A stretch of 64,000 nucleotides of DNA from Phoronis australis (Eukaryota; Animalia; Phoronida): positions 569,533 through 633,532 of the forward strand of contig NMRA01000039.1 of assembly GCA_002633005.1 (NCBI GenBank), read 5' to 3'. The first letter of the stretch is position 1; the number at the start of each line of letters is the position of its first letter. Below, piece after piece: positions 1 through 12,020 of this stretch. The notes under the pieces were generated by a model. It was not told where the DNA came from. It searched no databases and saw nothing but the letters and a program-made list of their open reading frames with translations. The position numbers and the translations under genes were made by a program.

Positions 1-521
1 ACAAAATATGAAAAAATTCAAAGTTAAATTAAAATTGTGTCAAACCCTCTTGAAAAGGTCCATGTCATATCAAAAATTTCAGTATGAGACATTTTATGCT
101 TAAAAACGTTGTTAATGCTGACTATTGTCTTGAACAACGGTTTTATTAAGTGAATTGTTTTGTTATTCAAGCAAGGTGTCGCTTGCTTACGTGTTTACGT
201 CGACACCTTGGTAACACATCCAATCAATAATGACGTAGTTTGAAATCTCTTCAATGAGCCATACTATTATTCAAAACCTGACACCAGTTTCACAAAACTA
301 ATAAAACTTGACAATTGTGGACTTCAAAGTGAGAGATGAACGTTCAGTTTGTATACAACTTCATTTATTTACATAAAATAACACCACGAGTGATTCTAGG
401 AGCCATAAAACCTCTAAAGTTATCATATTCAACATACCTGAGCCTAAATAGATAAAAATATAAAATAGTAAAACAAGTAAAACTAAAACGACGAGCGTCC
501 TTACTAAAACATATTAAGATA

Positions 522-558
522 TCCCCACGTTTCGAGCGATGCGCTCTTTGTCAACGGT
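522..558 (-). ncRNA. Hammerhead-like variant motif (U3/A8 core), probably a PLE pseudo-LTR relic
   Basis: Minus strand reads CCG-TTGACAA-A-GAGCG-CAT-CGCTC-GAAA-CGT-GGG: perfect 5-bp stem II and palindromic ACGT stem III. The triplet is GUG (non-NUH). Confidence 0.5.
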
Positions 559-639
559 GTGCTGCAGACTGATGAGTACAGGAGACCACATAGTGACACA
601 CAATAGATAACGTGTAGTTCTGCTATTTTAAATTTTTAT

Positions 640-1520
640 CCGTCGGTAACTGCACAGCATTCCAGCTTCTATATGATTTCTAAATAGATAATTTTGAAAT
701 ATCCCCAACACCTTTGTAGCAGATCTACCTTAAAATTGAAAACATGTTCATAGAAATCAATTGAGACCGTCAAGTAATTAAAAAAGTTACACCTTTTGAT
801 GCATAACAGGTGAACCCGCCATTTACATCTTCTTGACTCCAACTGTTCACAATATGCAAATACACCTGATGATGTTCATCCTGTAGACAAAACTAACTAC
901 AAGTACTGTAAAATACTCTATGTTGGGTTTTACGCCAAAATTGCTCAACGAAAACTCAACAAATTGGTGAATGATTACTGTGTGAACTTAAGAGTTGTAT
1001 TAACATTCAAGTCTCTAAAACTGTCGAGTTTATTTAACCCTAAGGACAAAATTTCTATGGGTCTACGGTCCAAGGTAGTATACAAATTTTTCTGTGCTGG
1101 ATGTGGCTCCAGTTATATAGGCGAAACTGTTCGCCATTTGAAAACCAGGACCAAGGAACATCTAAATTCTGACAGTAATTCACATGTAAATATTCACCTG
1201 CAGAGCTCCAATCATTGTTATCAGCAGTGCTCTTTCAATGACTTTGCAATAATAGACCAGGCAGTAACAACAAAGGAGCTTAAAATTCGTGAGGCTTTCC
1301 ATATCAGTTGGTGCAAGCCCAATCTCAATAGGCAACTGACACACCACAGGTTGTCATTGTTGGTCTAGTTCATTGTCACTCCCTGTAACTGACTGTATCT
1401 GTGCTTCATTACTTGTTGCTGGGCCTAGCTAGGTGGCCACTGTATTATGACTTCTGAGGATGGTGTTTAATTAATGACACTGAAACATGTCAAGTTTTAA
1501 AACCGTTGTTGTTTTCGTGA
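640..1520 (+). mobile_element. 5'-truncated Penelope-like retroelement (Poseidon-type): GIY-YIG endonuclease end plus 3' pseudo-LTR region
   Basis: ORF 964..1368 has VVYKFFCAGCGSSYIGETVRHLKTRTKEHL...IREAFHISWCKPNLN, the PLE GIY-YIG signature. A decayed linker lies upstream and a hammerhead motif at 1450-1495 downstream. Boundaries are approximate. Confidence 0.85.
1450..1495 (+). ncRNA. Minimal type I hammerhead ribozyme motif (PLE-associated)
   Basis: ACTT-CTGAGGA-T-GGTGT...ACACT-GAAA-CATG-TC-AAGT. Core boxes CUGANGA and GAAA; stem I ACTT/AAGT; stem II GGTGT/ACACT; palindromic stem III ACATGT; GUC cleavage triplet. Confidence 0.75.
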
Positions 1521-3477
1521 AAATATGCAAATTAAGTTCATAGCAATACTCCAGCAGGGTCTTCTCAAAATATAGCAATTACACCCTATGTACACCAAAC
1601 GGGGCTGAGTATACATGTACCACTGTTGACAGTGAAGGTAGTCTTCGCTTTCATTTACGATACAGTATTTAAAATTCCAACACTAACGTTAAAACTGACC
1701 ATTACAAATACATAATTATCACAATACTCAATTATGAAAAGTATTCCACTTTTTCTTGGTTGTAACTACTTTAGCCTTCTGGTGGTAGGTAAATGATCAC
1801 TGCTTGGCTTAAATTTAACAAACACAAATCGCATTTGGAAATAAACTTACGAGAGTAATCAGACTTTATTCGATCACAGTGCTTGACCAAACAATTTTTA
1901 CAAATATATTTATATTGATACCACCAGAATTAGAACTTCACCTTTTTGGCTGTACATACTAAAAGTTGTGTAACTCGCTCTTGTCTCAATCTGAAACAGT
2001 ATCGTGTCTCCAGATAAAACTTTTTAACTTCAGGATACCTCATTTTATTTCCAAGAAAGTATTTTTTGTAGACGCCCGTCTCAAAAGGTACACATTTTTA
2101 AGAATAATTATTTCAGGCGCTCTTCCTAAATGATCAGGAATACTAACTTTCCAACTTTATCCCTGAGTTTCTGTCAGAGTATTCCTTTGTGTCCCTACAC
2201 CGAGCCATGCCACTGATAATTTTAATACTTGAAGTTTGTAAATAAATAAAGTGTTCTTATAGTGTTACAAAACAAAAAATAGTGATAAAAAGATGGTTTC
2301 AAAATGTGTCTGTGAGACCTACAGACACGATTTTATCGCTGAATTCACCTGAATATGTAGATGTGTAACAACAACGGTGGTTTATTCAACTTCAAGAGTC
2401 CATTTTGAGTGAGCGTTATTCTCCTCTGAATGAACAAAATATTGAATAAATGTCATATAAAATACACAAGCATGCATTTTTATCGAGCTTGTAAAGCTAT
2501 AACAGAGGCTGACAAAAGCAGAAGGCACCAAGTAGTGCTTTGTATCATTTTGGTAGATGCTTTTACCCAATGAATGAATGGTACATGCAGGAGGATACCT
2601 CCCGCAATATATTGCCCTGGTTGATACAGTTGAGTTTTGAGGACCATAAGAGTAATGTAGATAACGTTGAGGTAGAAGAATGCCGTCATTTTAATTTTTA
2701 ACAGCCCAAACCTTTTAACATTGCATCACATGACATTAGTCGGAATTACCTGACAAGAAATTATATCAAGTCTGATGGAGTCTGAATAAGAATTACACAA
2801 TTATTGCACTTAAAATAATGCTGGTTGTACTCTACAAATGATCCAGGGCTTTCTAGATTGTCTGTTTACAAAATCAAGTTGCACTGTAGCTCTTGTGTGC
2901 AGTCAATCAAGTCATTTTTCATTCATTCCGTGCCGCACGGTTTTAAATCCGAAGTACGTGGCTAGATATGAAAAGCGGTCCACGCAGTCAAAGTCAGTTC
3001 AGTGCTCAATAAAGTTAAAAACTAGGCCCCTTTCACGACACACTGTACTTCGCCGCTGTCGTGAAGAGGAGTGTTCATCAGGAAATCTTGTATAAGGTGA
3101 AGTTGAGCAATTGCTGCATTAGCGATGGCTTCAAGGAAATAAACCAGTGACTAAAATAAACTGATACATCATGGGTTATAAACTGGTGACTGTTCGAACG
3201 GGAAAGCTTTAGAAGTTGAATTCCTCGTACCTAAGGTCATGTTTACTCTGAAAATACGATAATAAGTAGCCAAAACATTTGATTTATGTTTCAATTCCCT
3301 GGTATCTGGTATCAATGATTTCAGTATCTCTTTGAACCATAGAAGATATTTGGCGTGCGAGTCGTGAGGGCAGAAAACAGAGCACGGGAATGTTTAGCTT
3401 CGCTTTAGATGAAACCAAATGGGAGATTTTTGTAATATACAGATAACTGATTCACCCAATCAAAATTACGTGACTGA

Positions 3478-3557
3478 TCAAAGTCCACACATCCTCGTTA
3501 TTTCGTCGTATATTTGCTTGAATACCGTATCTTCATCGTTGGTCCCACTCACATACA
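3478..3557 (-). CDS. NMRK1: Nicotinamide riboside kinase, last coding exon (VYVSGTNDEDTVFKQIYDEITRMCGL*)
   Basis: Acceptor tttcag| in the required phase 1; resembles the NRK C-terminal VYLDGT helix. The seven exons total 579 nt = 192 aa + stop. Confidence 0.9.
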
Positions 3558-5350
3558 CTGAAACAAGAATGATTATTATTAGTCGCCACTTAAAATAGTC
3601 GCATCTGCTGTGGCCGTTGCCAGGTTTCGAGTTAGAGCTCACAGCACTGCCCCAACGGTTCCCGTTATGATGGAGCCTTTATTCAATTGGCTAGTCTGAG
3701 TCATTTGGGCGAATGGCGCGAAAATAGTGAACTTCAACTACTGGGACAATCACTACGACATGTGATTTTCAAACTGGACAGTTGTTGGTCACAAGGCTTA
3801 AAACTGCATATGCACAGATACGATATTCGTTCTCCCGTTCAGTGACTTTACCAGACGGAGTGGGTTGTGAGCGTGTGATAACATCTAGCTCCTTTGTCAA
3901 CTGCCAAGCTCAGCCTTTTGTCTGTTATGACAACAGTTAGGCCAATTATGTACCAGGTTTATTACAGACCACGTTTGAACACTGTCAGACCCAGAGCGAA
4001 TCGGTACGTTCGGAAAGAATAGATTGTCGTAAATACAGCATTAGACGAGGAATTCAGAAATGTTATTGGTTTATGTTAAAATATGTTATAACTTAACTTT
4101 TTTTTAACACCACAGTCAAGCTAGATACGATCTCATTGGAGATTAGGGCAATTATCGAACAAATGAGAGCTGGCCCTCCAACCATAAATGCCAGAAGGGA
4201 GCTGATCAGCCTTGTAAGATATTGGCTACAGGGGTCATCTTCCCAACTTGTTCTTGAGCTATAGAATCGAACAAGTTGGGAGCAACGGGAAAACGCCGTA
4301 ATGAACACCTCCAAAGTGACAATTAACGTAACAAAAACACCCAACGTTTACCGAATGGAATAGCGGTAGCCTAATTCACCCGAGAATTTGCGAGCCGTTC
4401 AATTCATGATAGATGCATGTGTGCAAAGCATCATTCGAGAGGCTTAGGACATATAGCAGCAGCGGACGCAGGACAGAGATGACAGCAGCAATGTCCGCAC
4501 ATTTGTGAATGTGGGCGAATAAAAACGTCAATAACACCGACAATAGACAATGAGCCCGGAATCGTGACCTGCGAGGTATCCTGGTACGTATCTGCGAGCA
4601 AGAATTCGCTAAAAAGGAGTTAATTTCGAGGTCCAAACGCGATTTGCGAAAAAGGACAGACTTAAGAACGAACCCCGAAAACTGCTAACCTTGCACCCAA
4701 CAGGGAGCACTGCACCTCGTCGTTTAAAGGGGAACAATATCAGAGAACTTTTCGTGGAAAAGAGATCAAATCAAGTCGTGGATTTCTGACCAAGGCCCGA
4801 AGTCTGAAGAGTGTATTTGAAATCAAACTCGAAAATATCTTTGACATTTTCTTTTCTGACTTGTGCGAACTCAAGTTGTGTATCTTTTTCTATGCAAATA
4901 TACATTATGGTTTAGGCGAGTGACTATCTATTCCAAGTTGATGACCCTTAGTTGTAGCTGTATTTTTGAGTAACAGCTCGAGAACTCGACTTAAAACTTT
5001 GATTTCAGACGCGAACTTGTAGATTCATGATGTAGTCATCAATTGCAAACGAGGAGTAGACAGTCGTCCTCATAAACCATAATGTATTCAGATCAGAATA
5101 ATAGAAAAATATCTTCAATTTGCACAAAATAATACGGAAAATGTAAAAAATAAATTCGATTTCGAGTATAAAGATTACACCCTTATCCAAATCAAATGCG
5201 TGGCAAGTATTTCAACAAATAGTCTGGCTAGCCAGTGTGAAAATTAGACAGTGCAAAAGTCTTAAAAACATGATAAACATAGCAGGTCACTAAAATCAAA
5301 AAAATGGCAAGATCTTGGACATCGCTCTGGGCAGAGATAGATACACTCAC

Positions 5351-5454
5351 CTATGTCGGCTTGATCGGCCACTTGGCGTTCAAACTTTAGGTAGGCTGGC
5401 CATACAACGGTATCAAAATAGCCCATTGGCACATCATTAAAATACTTTCTGGTT
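5351..5454 (-). CDS. NMRK1: Nicotinamide riboside kinase, coding exon 6 (TRKYFNDVPMGYFDTVVWPAYLKFERQVADQADI)
   Basis: Boundaries ttacag| and |gtgagt. Matches the NRK motif GYFDxxVWPxYLK. Confidence 0.93.
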
Positions 5455-6727
5455 CTGTAACAAAACAAACACACGCCATATCTGCTTGTTTAGTATGACG
5501 ACACGTTATTTTGACGTTGTGCAACCAGTCAAATAAATTCAAAACGTCAAAGTTAAAAACAATAGTATCATATGAAGGCAGATTTACGTTTCTTGACAAA
5601 AACCAGGCACTTCGAGAATTATTACCTGGTTATTTACGTGGCTAATCTTAAACCTTCTGAGCTCGCTGGTATCATGTTAGTGCTACCGTTATCAGAGCAC
5701 GTCGATTTGCCCAACCACAAAATTTCACAAAAATTCCAAAGGATTAACTTCTCTCGTAGTTACATGAACCGAAAAATAATCCAAGACCGGCACATTCTAT
5801 TGATAATGTATGTTATGTGACTGTACGTTTCTATTCCTCTACGTAGGTTCAGTTCGTGCCATAATAGTGACAGCTACGTCATAACTAAACAACCAAATTG
5901 TTCAAACTTGTGGAAGCAGCGTGGTCAAATGGTAAATTTAAAGTGCTGCTTCCTAATTTATATCCGGCAAGACCACACTGATAGACCCTTTCGTGGCTAA
6001 GACTTCCGGCTCCACAGTATACCTTGTTTGTATCATCGCATCATCGTCATCATCACCGTCATCGTTTTTATTATCACTATCATTATTATATTTAATACTA
6101 TATTATGAGATCAAAAGAAACAATTTATGGCTTCCTCTCATAACATACATCTTTCCCGATGACGATTTACCTATTTGTGTTCAATCCAAAGTCACAGTAC
6201 GGTAAAGTCGCTCGATTTTCGGACACTCGAAATTAATTCCAATAGAAAAAAATCATTCTTGGACGAATCTCGCGAAACATCATTTTTGTGGTGTCCGTAA
6301 GTAAACAAACACGATACCCAAATAATGCATAAACGAAATGCCAATGTCAAATGAGAATTTTAATCAGATGTAACGTTTCGCGCAAAACTCAGAGAACAGT
6401 TCAATACACAACAATTTCAAACAGATATCGTCCTGGAAATCTGCTGTTACATGGTAGATTGGAAGATGATCTTGACTTCAGGATAAATATAGTTCGGTAG
6501 AAGCCTTTCGTTAGCACAGACCTCGTTTAAAACACGACTGGACATTTTGTTTGACACTTTATACAAACTTGCTTGAAGTGTCTGAATAATCTATAACTAG
6601 CGCTTTAATTTGTTTGTCTGTTATGGGTTTTTGTGTTTTTCTACATAGCTGTACGCCTGAAAAAGTACATTGTTTAGACACTACGAGCGAGTTTGTATTA
6701 AGCAGGCAAACAAAAAGTCCAGTACTG

Positions 6728-6729
<2 letters not shown>

Positions 6730-6788
<59 letters not shown>
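6730..6788. repeat. (CA)n microsatellite in an NMRK intron
   Basis: Perfect CA run of about 59 nt. Confidence 0.98.
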
Positions 6789-6790
<2 letters not shown>

Positions 6791-7078
6791 CGTGTGCGCG
6801 CGCCTACCCCCTGCCCAAATGAAATCAGCCTCAAATTGGTCTTTAGTCAAAATATGTTGTTGCTTGAGACCAAACTCTTCAGGAACATTCTTCACGGTGT
6901 GTGGTCAACACGACAAGCATGATCTCAAGACATGGCGAACTGTCAATTGTTTTTATAACCAACAATCTCGACTCATTCGGTAAAGAAAAACTCAAGTTTA
7001 TAGTGGTGGTTGGTCTAAATCATATTTTAGCTTTTTCGACGACATGACGGTTTATTGGCGCTTTAAAATATGACTTAC

Positions 7079-7150
7079 TGTCGTCTTCTGTTGCATTCTT
7101 CATAAGGTAATTGTAAAAAGAACTTCTTATCAAACTGGGAACAGAGCTCT
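7079..7150 (-). CDS. NMRK1: Nicotinamide riboside kinase, coding exon 5 (ELCSQFDKKFFLQLPYEECNRRRQ)
   Basis: Boundaries tttcag| and |gtaagt. Matches the NRK motif FLxxPYEECxRRR. Confidence 0.93.
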
Positions 7151-7441
7151 CTGAAATGTGATATACAGAAACAACTTCAGTGCATTTCCGGATCAAACCA
7201 GTGGATTGGCAAACACAAGGGGTGTTAGAGATTCCTTAAACACAGAATTCGAAAGCGGTAGGGTTACGTAGAGCCTAGATTCTCTGGGCCCCAAAGGCGT
7301 ATATACTTCACTTTCGTCTGGATTTTCTATACATGTACTTTAAAAACAACTTCAACGTGATAACGCTGAAGCAGATTTTTCTGTATTACATTCTGCCAAA
7401 ACAACATAAATAAAAAGCAATTTTTCATAAAGACACATTAA

Positions 7442-9078
7442 AGGAGAATGCCACCCGATTTAATTAGTCTTTTTTACCGTCTTAATCGGCCTATATCCAC
7501 ATCGCCTCTTATACGGTCGACCTCACCTTGCCGAGAGGTGTCGCGTTAACCTGTGAGGAAGGTGAGAAGCGACGCAGCGACGTCAGTGGTTCGTCTGCTG
7601 AGCGAATGCCGCTATATTGCGGTGCATCGGTTCCCGCTTGTCCAAACTATGAAGCTGCGAAGAAAGCGGGTGTATCGTTTCTTCGACTTCCTCGAGAGCC
7701 CGAAATGCTTAGGAAGTGGTTCGCGGTAGTAAAGAATGAAAGGTATGGTGTTAATAGCAAGTATGAGGCCGTGAAACATCTCCGTGTCTGTGGCCGGCAT
7801 TTCGTCGACAGTGATTTCTCTGACGAATTCCGGCTTACCAAAGAACTATCCATACGTTCCGTTGCCTATGCATGTTCACTGCGCCTCTCTAGTATTTCTT
7901 GATCAGTGTACTCCGGTTCGAACTGATAGCCTGTGAAACCTAACGCTCCGACCCGTGAAGTCTTCGTCGGATAAGCTCTTGACTAAGTCGGGATTGGCGC
8001 CGGGCGAGTTGCCATGTAGACGTTTATTATTCTGCGTTCTGTTTCAAAATGAATTATTTTTATCCTAAAATGATCCTAACCAATGCTTATGAAACTGAAA
8101 CAAAGTCTGTCTCATTAGATACAATGTGTAATGCCGTGGAGTGCTCGTGAGTGCAAATGTTTTGAGACGCCAGCAATGAATAAACCACTGCGTTAGGCTA
8201 CGGGCTTTTTATGCCGACATTGAAAGGTAATTGACCGGGCACCGAGGTCGTGTGAGCGCATGCTAATTCAGTGTTTCCTGACAGAAAGCTGTTGTGAAAC
8301 AATTATTCGATTTTATATGCTATCGTCACATGTTAGCGGAATCTTTATTTTGAAATACAAATACATTATTCAAGTCATTGTTACTGTACAAACTTTGCCC
8401 TGACGGTCTGTGGAAGGGGAACTTCGCGGCCTCCGACAAATAAGTAGATTTTAAGTTTCGTGGCTAATTCACATAAATAATTACGTGCACATTATTTCTT
8501 TGGCTCACTATTATAGTCTTTTCGTGACTGGAGGTTTAGTTTCAAACTCAAGCTGGTTTATGTTCGTGCCAGTCCCGGCGGACGCGACTGGCCTGATCGG
8601 GTTCCGAGCCACTGGCCGGGATAACAAGCGTTTTGTGTGTTTTGAACTCACAAGTATAAACAACACAGATCTAGGTACTCCTGTCTGTAATTCAAGGAAG
8701 AATACTTCGAATTTATCTCCGAACAGACCCCAAACTCCTGCTACGGCATTACCCTTGGTAAATTGGCCTACCGAACTTTGTGTCCAAATACCAGTAAATC
8801 ACGTTTTTATAAGAACTCGGTGTATTTTTAAAGGTTTTACATCGAATTTTGATGATTTATTGGTGTTAAACGATGAATTCAAGCGATAAGCTGACACCAC
8901 TAACCCGTGTTGTGAACTGCTGAACAGACTGCGTGTAAAACCAATTACGTCATTGGATAATTTCAACACCTCCGTCTACCGTCAGGTGTCAGGTAACGCA
9001 ACCGAACGTGCCGTTACCGAGTAGAACTACTCGATCTAAATTGATACAAAATAGGTTGTTTTTGGATGGCATTCACCT
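7442..9078 (+). mobile_element. Non-autonomous Kolobok-type DNA transposon carrying a THAP domain
   Basis: TTAA on both sides (7438-7441, 9079-9082). Imperfect TIRs AGGAGAATGCCACCC / GGATGGCATTCACCT. Internal THAP ORF. Confidence 0.75.
7606..7902 (+). CDS. THAP zinc-finger domain ORF within the Kolobok-type element
   Basis: MPLYCGASVPACPNY...FLRLPREPEMLRKWF...LRVCGRHFVDSDF: C2CH ligands plus the conserved P, W and F of THAP. No clear AVP box follows, so it is probably truncated. Confidence 0.7.
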   Translation: MPLYCGASVPACPNYEAAKKAGVSFLRLPREPEMLRKWFAVVKNERYGVNSKYEAVKHLRVCGRHFVDSDFSDEFRLTKELSIRSVAYACSLRLSSIS

Positions 9079-9786
9079 TTAAACATTATCTGAGGTTTCC
9101 CGGCATTTCATTTCTCTTAAAGGGTCGGTTTGCTGTTTATTAACTGTCAATGTTGTGAATTGTTACGCATTCGGTGCAAAATCCTGACACTGTAAGAAAC
9201 ATTTCATATCAATTATATGACAAATCAAGGCCAAATTCGGGTTTCGTTTTTATCCCTCCAAAGGGAACTTTTACCTATTGAGAAAGAACATACAAATCAG
9301 TGTCCGAATTACTGAAATATTCCTTTGCAGAATATTCTTCATAGAAACCAGTAAAACTACTGATACGCAGTGAAAATGTCTGCATTAAAATTACAACATG
9401 ATTCTCAGCTGTGTAGTCAATAGCAATTCTTTATCACAAGAACTCTGTCCGATAAAGACCTAAGACACATACAATGATAACTATGAAACAGTAGCAGTTA
9501 GTGATATTGAAATAAAATGAATGAATAAAATATTCGTCAATGCAATTTCAATCAAATATATTTTTTTTCTGAGGATAAGCGGGGCCAAATTGGGCCAGGC
9601 TTTTAACAATACAAAGTCTTTGTTATCAACAGTGAATGAGCAGGAAAATGTTACAAACTTAATTTTCAGGGGACGTAACGTTTGGGAAAATAAGGCATCA
9701 AAGCATCCTACCTAATGCCAAGCTTGAACTATCTACCAGTTTTAGTTGGCATTGCTCAGCAAATGCTGTAACCCCTGGTGGCTTAC

Positions 9787-9916
9787 TTGTGTGTGTACAA
9801 CAGAAACCCGTCAACTAGCAAAATCTGAGGCCGTTCCGCGTCAAGCTCACGCTGAGAACTTATCTTCCATTCTCTAATATCTTTAACCAACTTGTCCATG
9901 TTCAACGCCTCTTCAC
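9787..9916 (-). CDS. NMRK1: Nicotinamide riboside kinase, coding exon 4 (CEEALNMDKLVKDIREW...ILLVDGFLLYTHK)
   Basis: Boundaries ctacag| and |gtaagc. Matches the NRK motifs EALNM and I(E/D)GFLL. Confidence 0.93.
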
Positions 9917-11944
9917 CTGTAGAAAAGTTACCATTTGAATGCATGAAAGTTTACAAAAGCAGATATGATTGTTAGGAAAAACTACTCGTGGCAAATTTCT
10001 CTATCACACCATGGTCTTTGAAATGACTGAAAGAAAATAAAACTACAGTTCATAATCAAAGAGTAAAAATTAAAATTTTAAGACTTATTGTCAAAAGCAT
10101 CTGATTTCCACTATGCAAATGAGCGCAAATAAATTGGGAAGTGAAAAATCATGGCGTCACACTTGCTTGTCATTACATCGCATTACTTTTGCTTTCATGA
10201 CAGAAGCCAGGAGTAGAGAGGACTGATAGGACCAACTGGTGAAGGCGAATTGTACGCAGCGGATTTGTGGTTTGCCAAAGAAATCTCTTGGCGGTATTAA
10301 AGTGGCAAGTTCATCAAATCGATGTTGATCTCAATTACAAAACAAGGGAAACTCGGGCAAAGCGTTGAAATGTGTCCACGAATGCAATGCAAACGGTATG
10401 CTTCTACTGCTCTATATTAGATTCATATCACTGGCCATTAGGTGTCGCAGAGTACTCACAGTCATTCGAAAATGGAATGGTGTCTTGGTCATCCAAGTAC
10501 AGGCTCATGTGCCAAATTTCATGAAAATGTGTAAAGGAACTCTAAAGATATATAGACAAACGTAAGAAAATATAAATGCCACATGCACTATCTCACAAAG
10601 ATCTTGCTAGTGTACAGAAAAATAAATCTGCTGAGCCTAATTGATACTTTGAAGCAACGCTGTCGACATTTTCAACATTCTGTGATACCTTTGAAACTTT
10701 AAAAATACGATGCCATGTATGCGATAGGTTTAATTTCGGTTTACCACTTTTGCTTAAGGAAGAAAATGCATTTTTTCACATCACATTCAGAACAGTTTCT
10801 TGTTTAGAATAGGCACGTCATCTAGATAAAAATATGACGAAATTCCACAAAGTGGGTGAACACAGCAAAGCCATAGATGTTACAGTAAATGAGCCGTCGT
10901 GGTTGAAACAACCAGGGATTGTTTAGTTTCGCCTACACAGGTAACCGGACAATCGCCGCACTTAATTCCATATATATCACACTGGCTGTCTACATTACGG
11001 ATTATTAATCATGTTATGTTCAGTGGTTGCTCCGGTCAAACCGTGTGTGTTAGTATTTAGTTCAGGTCTCGATGTTTCATCAAAAGTCTTGCTGAAAACT
11101 TACATGTAATATGGCTATCCGCACTTCCCTGACTGTCTTCTGTAACTCCCCTTCCATTTATTCAGGCCACCCAGGTGACATAAGGTACACGTAACGCCCC
11201 AAGTTTATGAACATTTGAAGGTGATGACAATCATGAAACAACGCTCTAGTTGTGTAGCTTTACGGTGAATTCTGGTCGTCATGCCATAGGTAAAATGATA
11301 TTTACTCTATGGCAATGTTACGATCATCCTTGATCTTGACTAAACATTCTTGGAAAAGAATTTAGAATTTACTCATGTGTAACTTCCTTTTCTGCGAACG
11401 CAGTGTGTTTACACTGTCTGAGGGGGGGGAAGGGTGAGCGGTCAGGCTGCTCTTAAAAACCGTTATTCATAGTTTGGCACTCATCACCAACTTTTTCTAA
11501 AACTTTAAGTCACCATGATGATCTGATTGTATCAAAGGAAAGAGGCAGGATACATTCGTCACTTAACTCATTTGTCGTTAGAGAAGCAAAATAGTCTAAT
11601 CCGACAGAATATTGAAATATGTTGACGTCTTTTTAATGGAAACCTGTTTGCCAAATTTCTAGAAAATCTGCCATGGAAAACTGAAAATATAGAAACAAAC
11701 ACAAAAACCTGCTCCTAGGGGGCATAGTTATAAACGGACCCGTCCAAAAGTTGTCATCCATTGTCATCTCCATAGAACACATCTGTCAATTTTGATGAAC
11801 AACCGTTATGAGTTTTGGGGTACACCAACAGACGCCGGACGCTCAAACAGGGATGGTGCTAATATGCAAACATGACTTGTGTGTATGTAGGCACATAATA
11901 ACCAAATGATTCTCCACTGACTAGGCACATGGTTGGCTACTCAC

Positions 11945-12020
11945 AATCCCAATTTGGGAAGTCTAACGATGGCAACCACAGGCCCTTTTCTTCCCAGAAT
12001 TCTCTGCAACTGTCTTCTGT
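11945..12020 (-). CDS. NMRK1: Nicotinamide riboside kinase, coding exon 3 (TEDSCREFWEEKGLWLPSLDFPNWD)
   Basis: Boundaries ttttag| and |gtgagt. Phases 0->1 fit both neighbours; NWD precedes the EAL motif. Confidence 0.88.

Noticed and set aside
566-600. CTGATGA as a plus-strand hammerhead core
   Set aside because: No stem II or GAAA box follows.
5912-5955. tRNA or SINE head (GGAAGCAGC...GCTGCTTCC hairpin with A-box-like TGGTCAAATGG)
   Set aside because: No B box or cloverleaf, and too short to call.
6559-6922. ORFs with poly-CV / poly-HT tracts
   Set aside because: These are translations of the (CA)n microsatellite in an NMRK intron.
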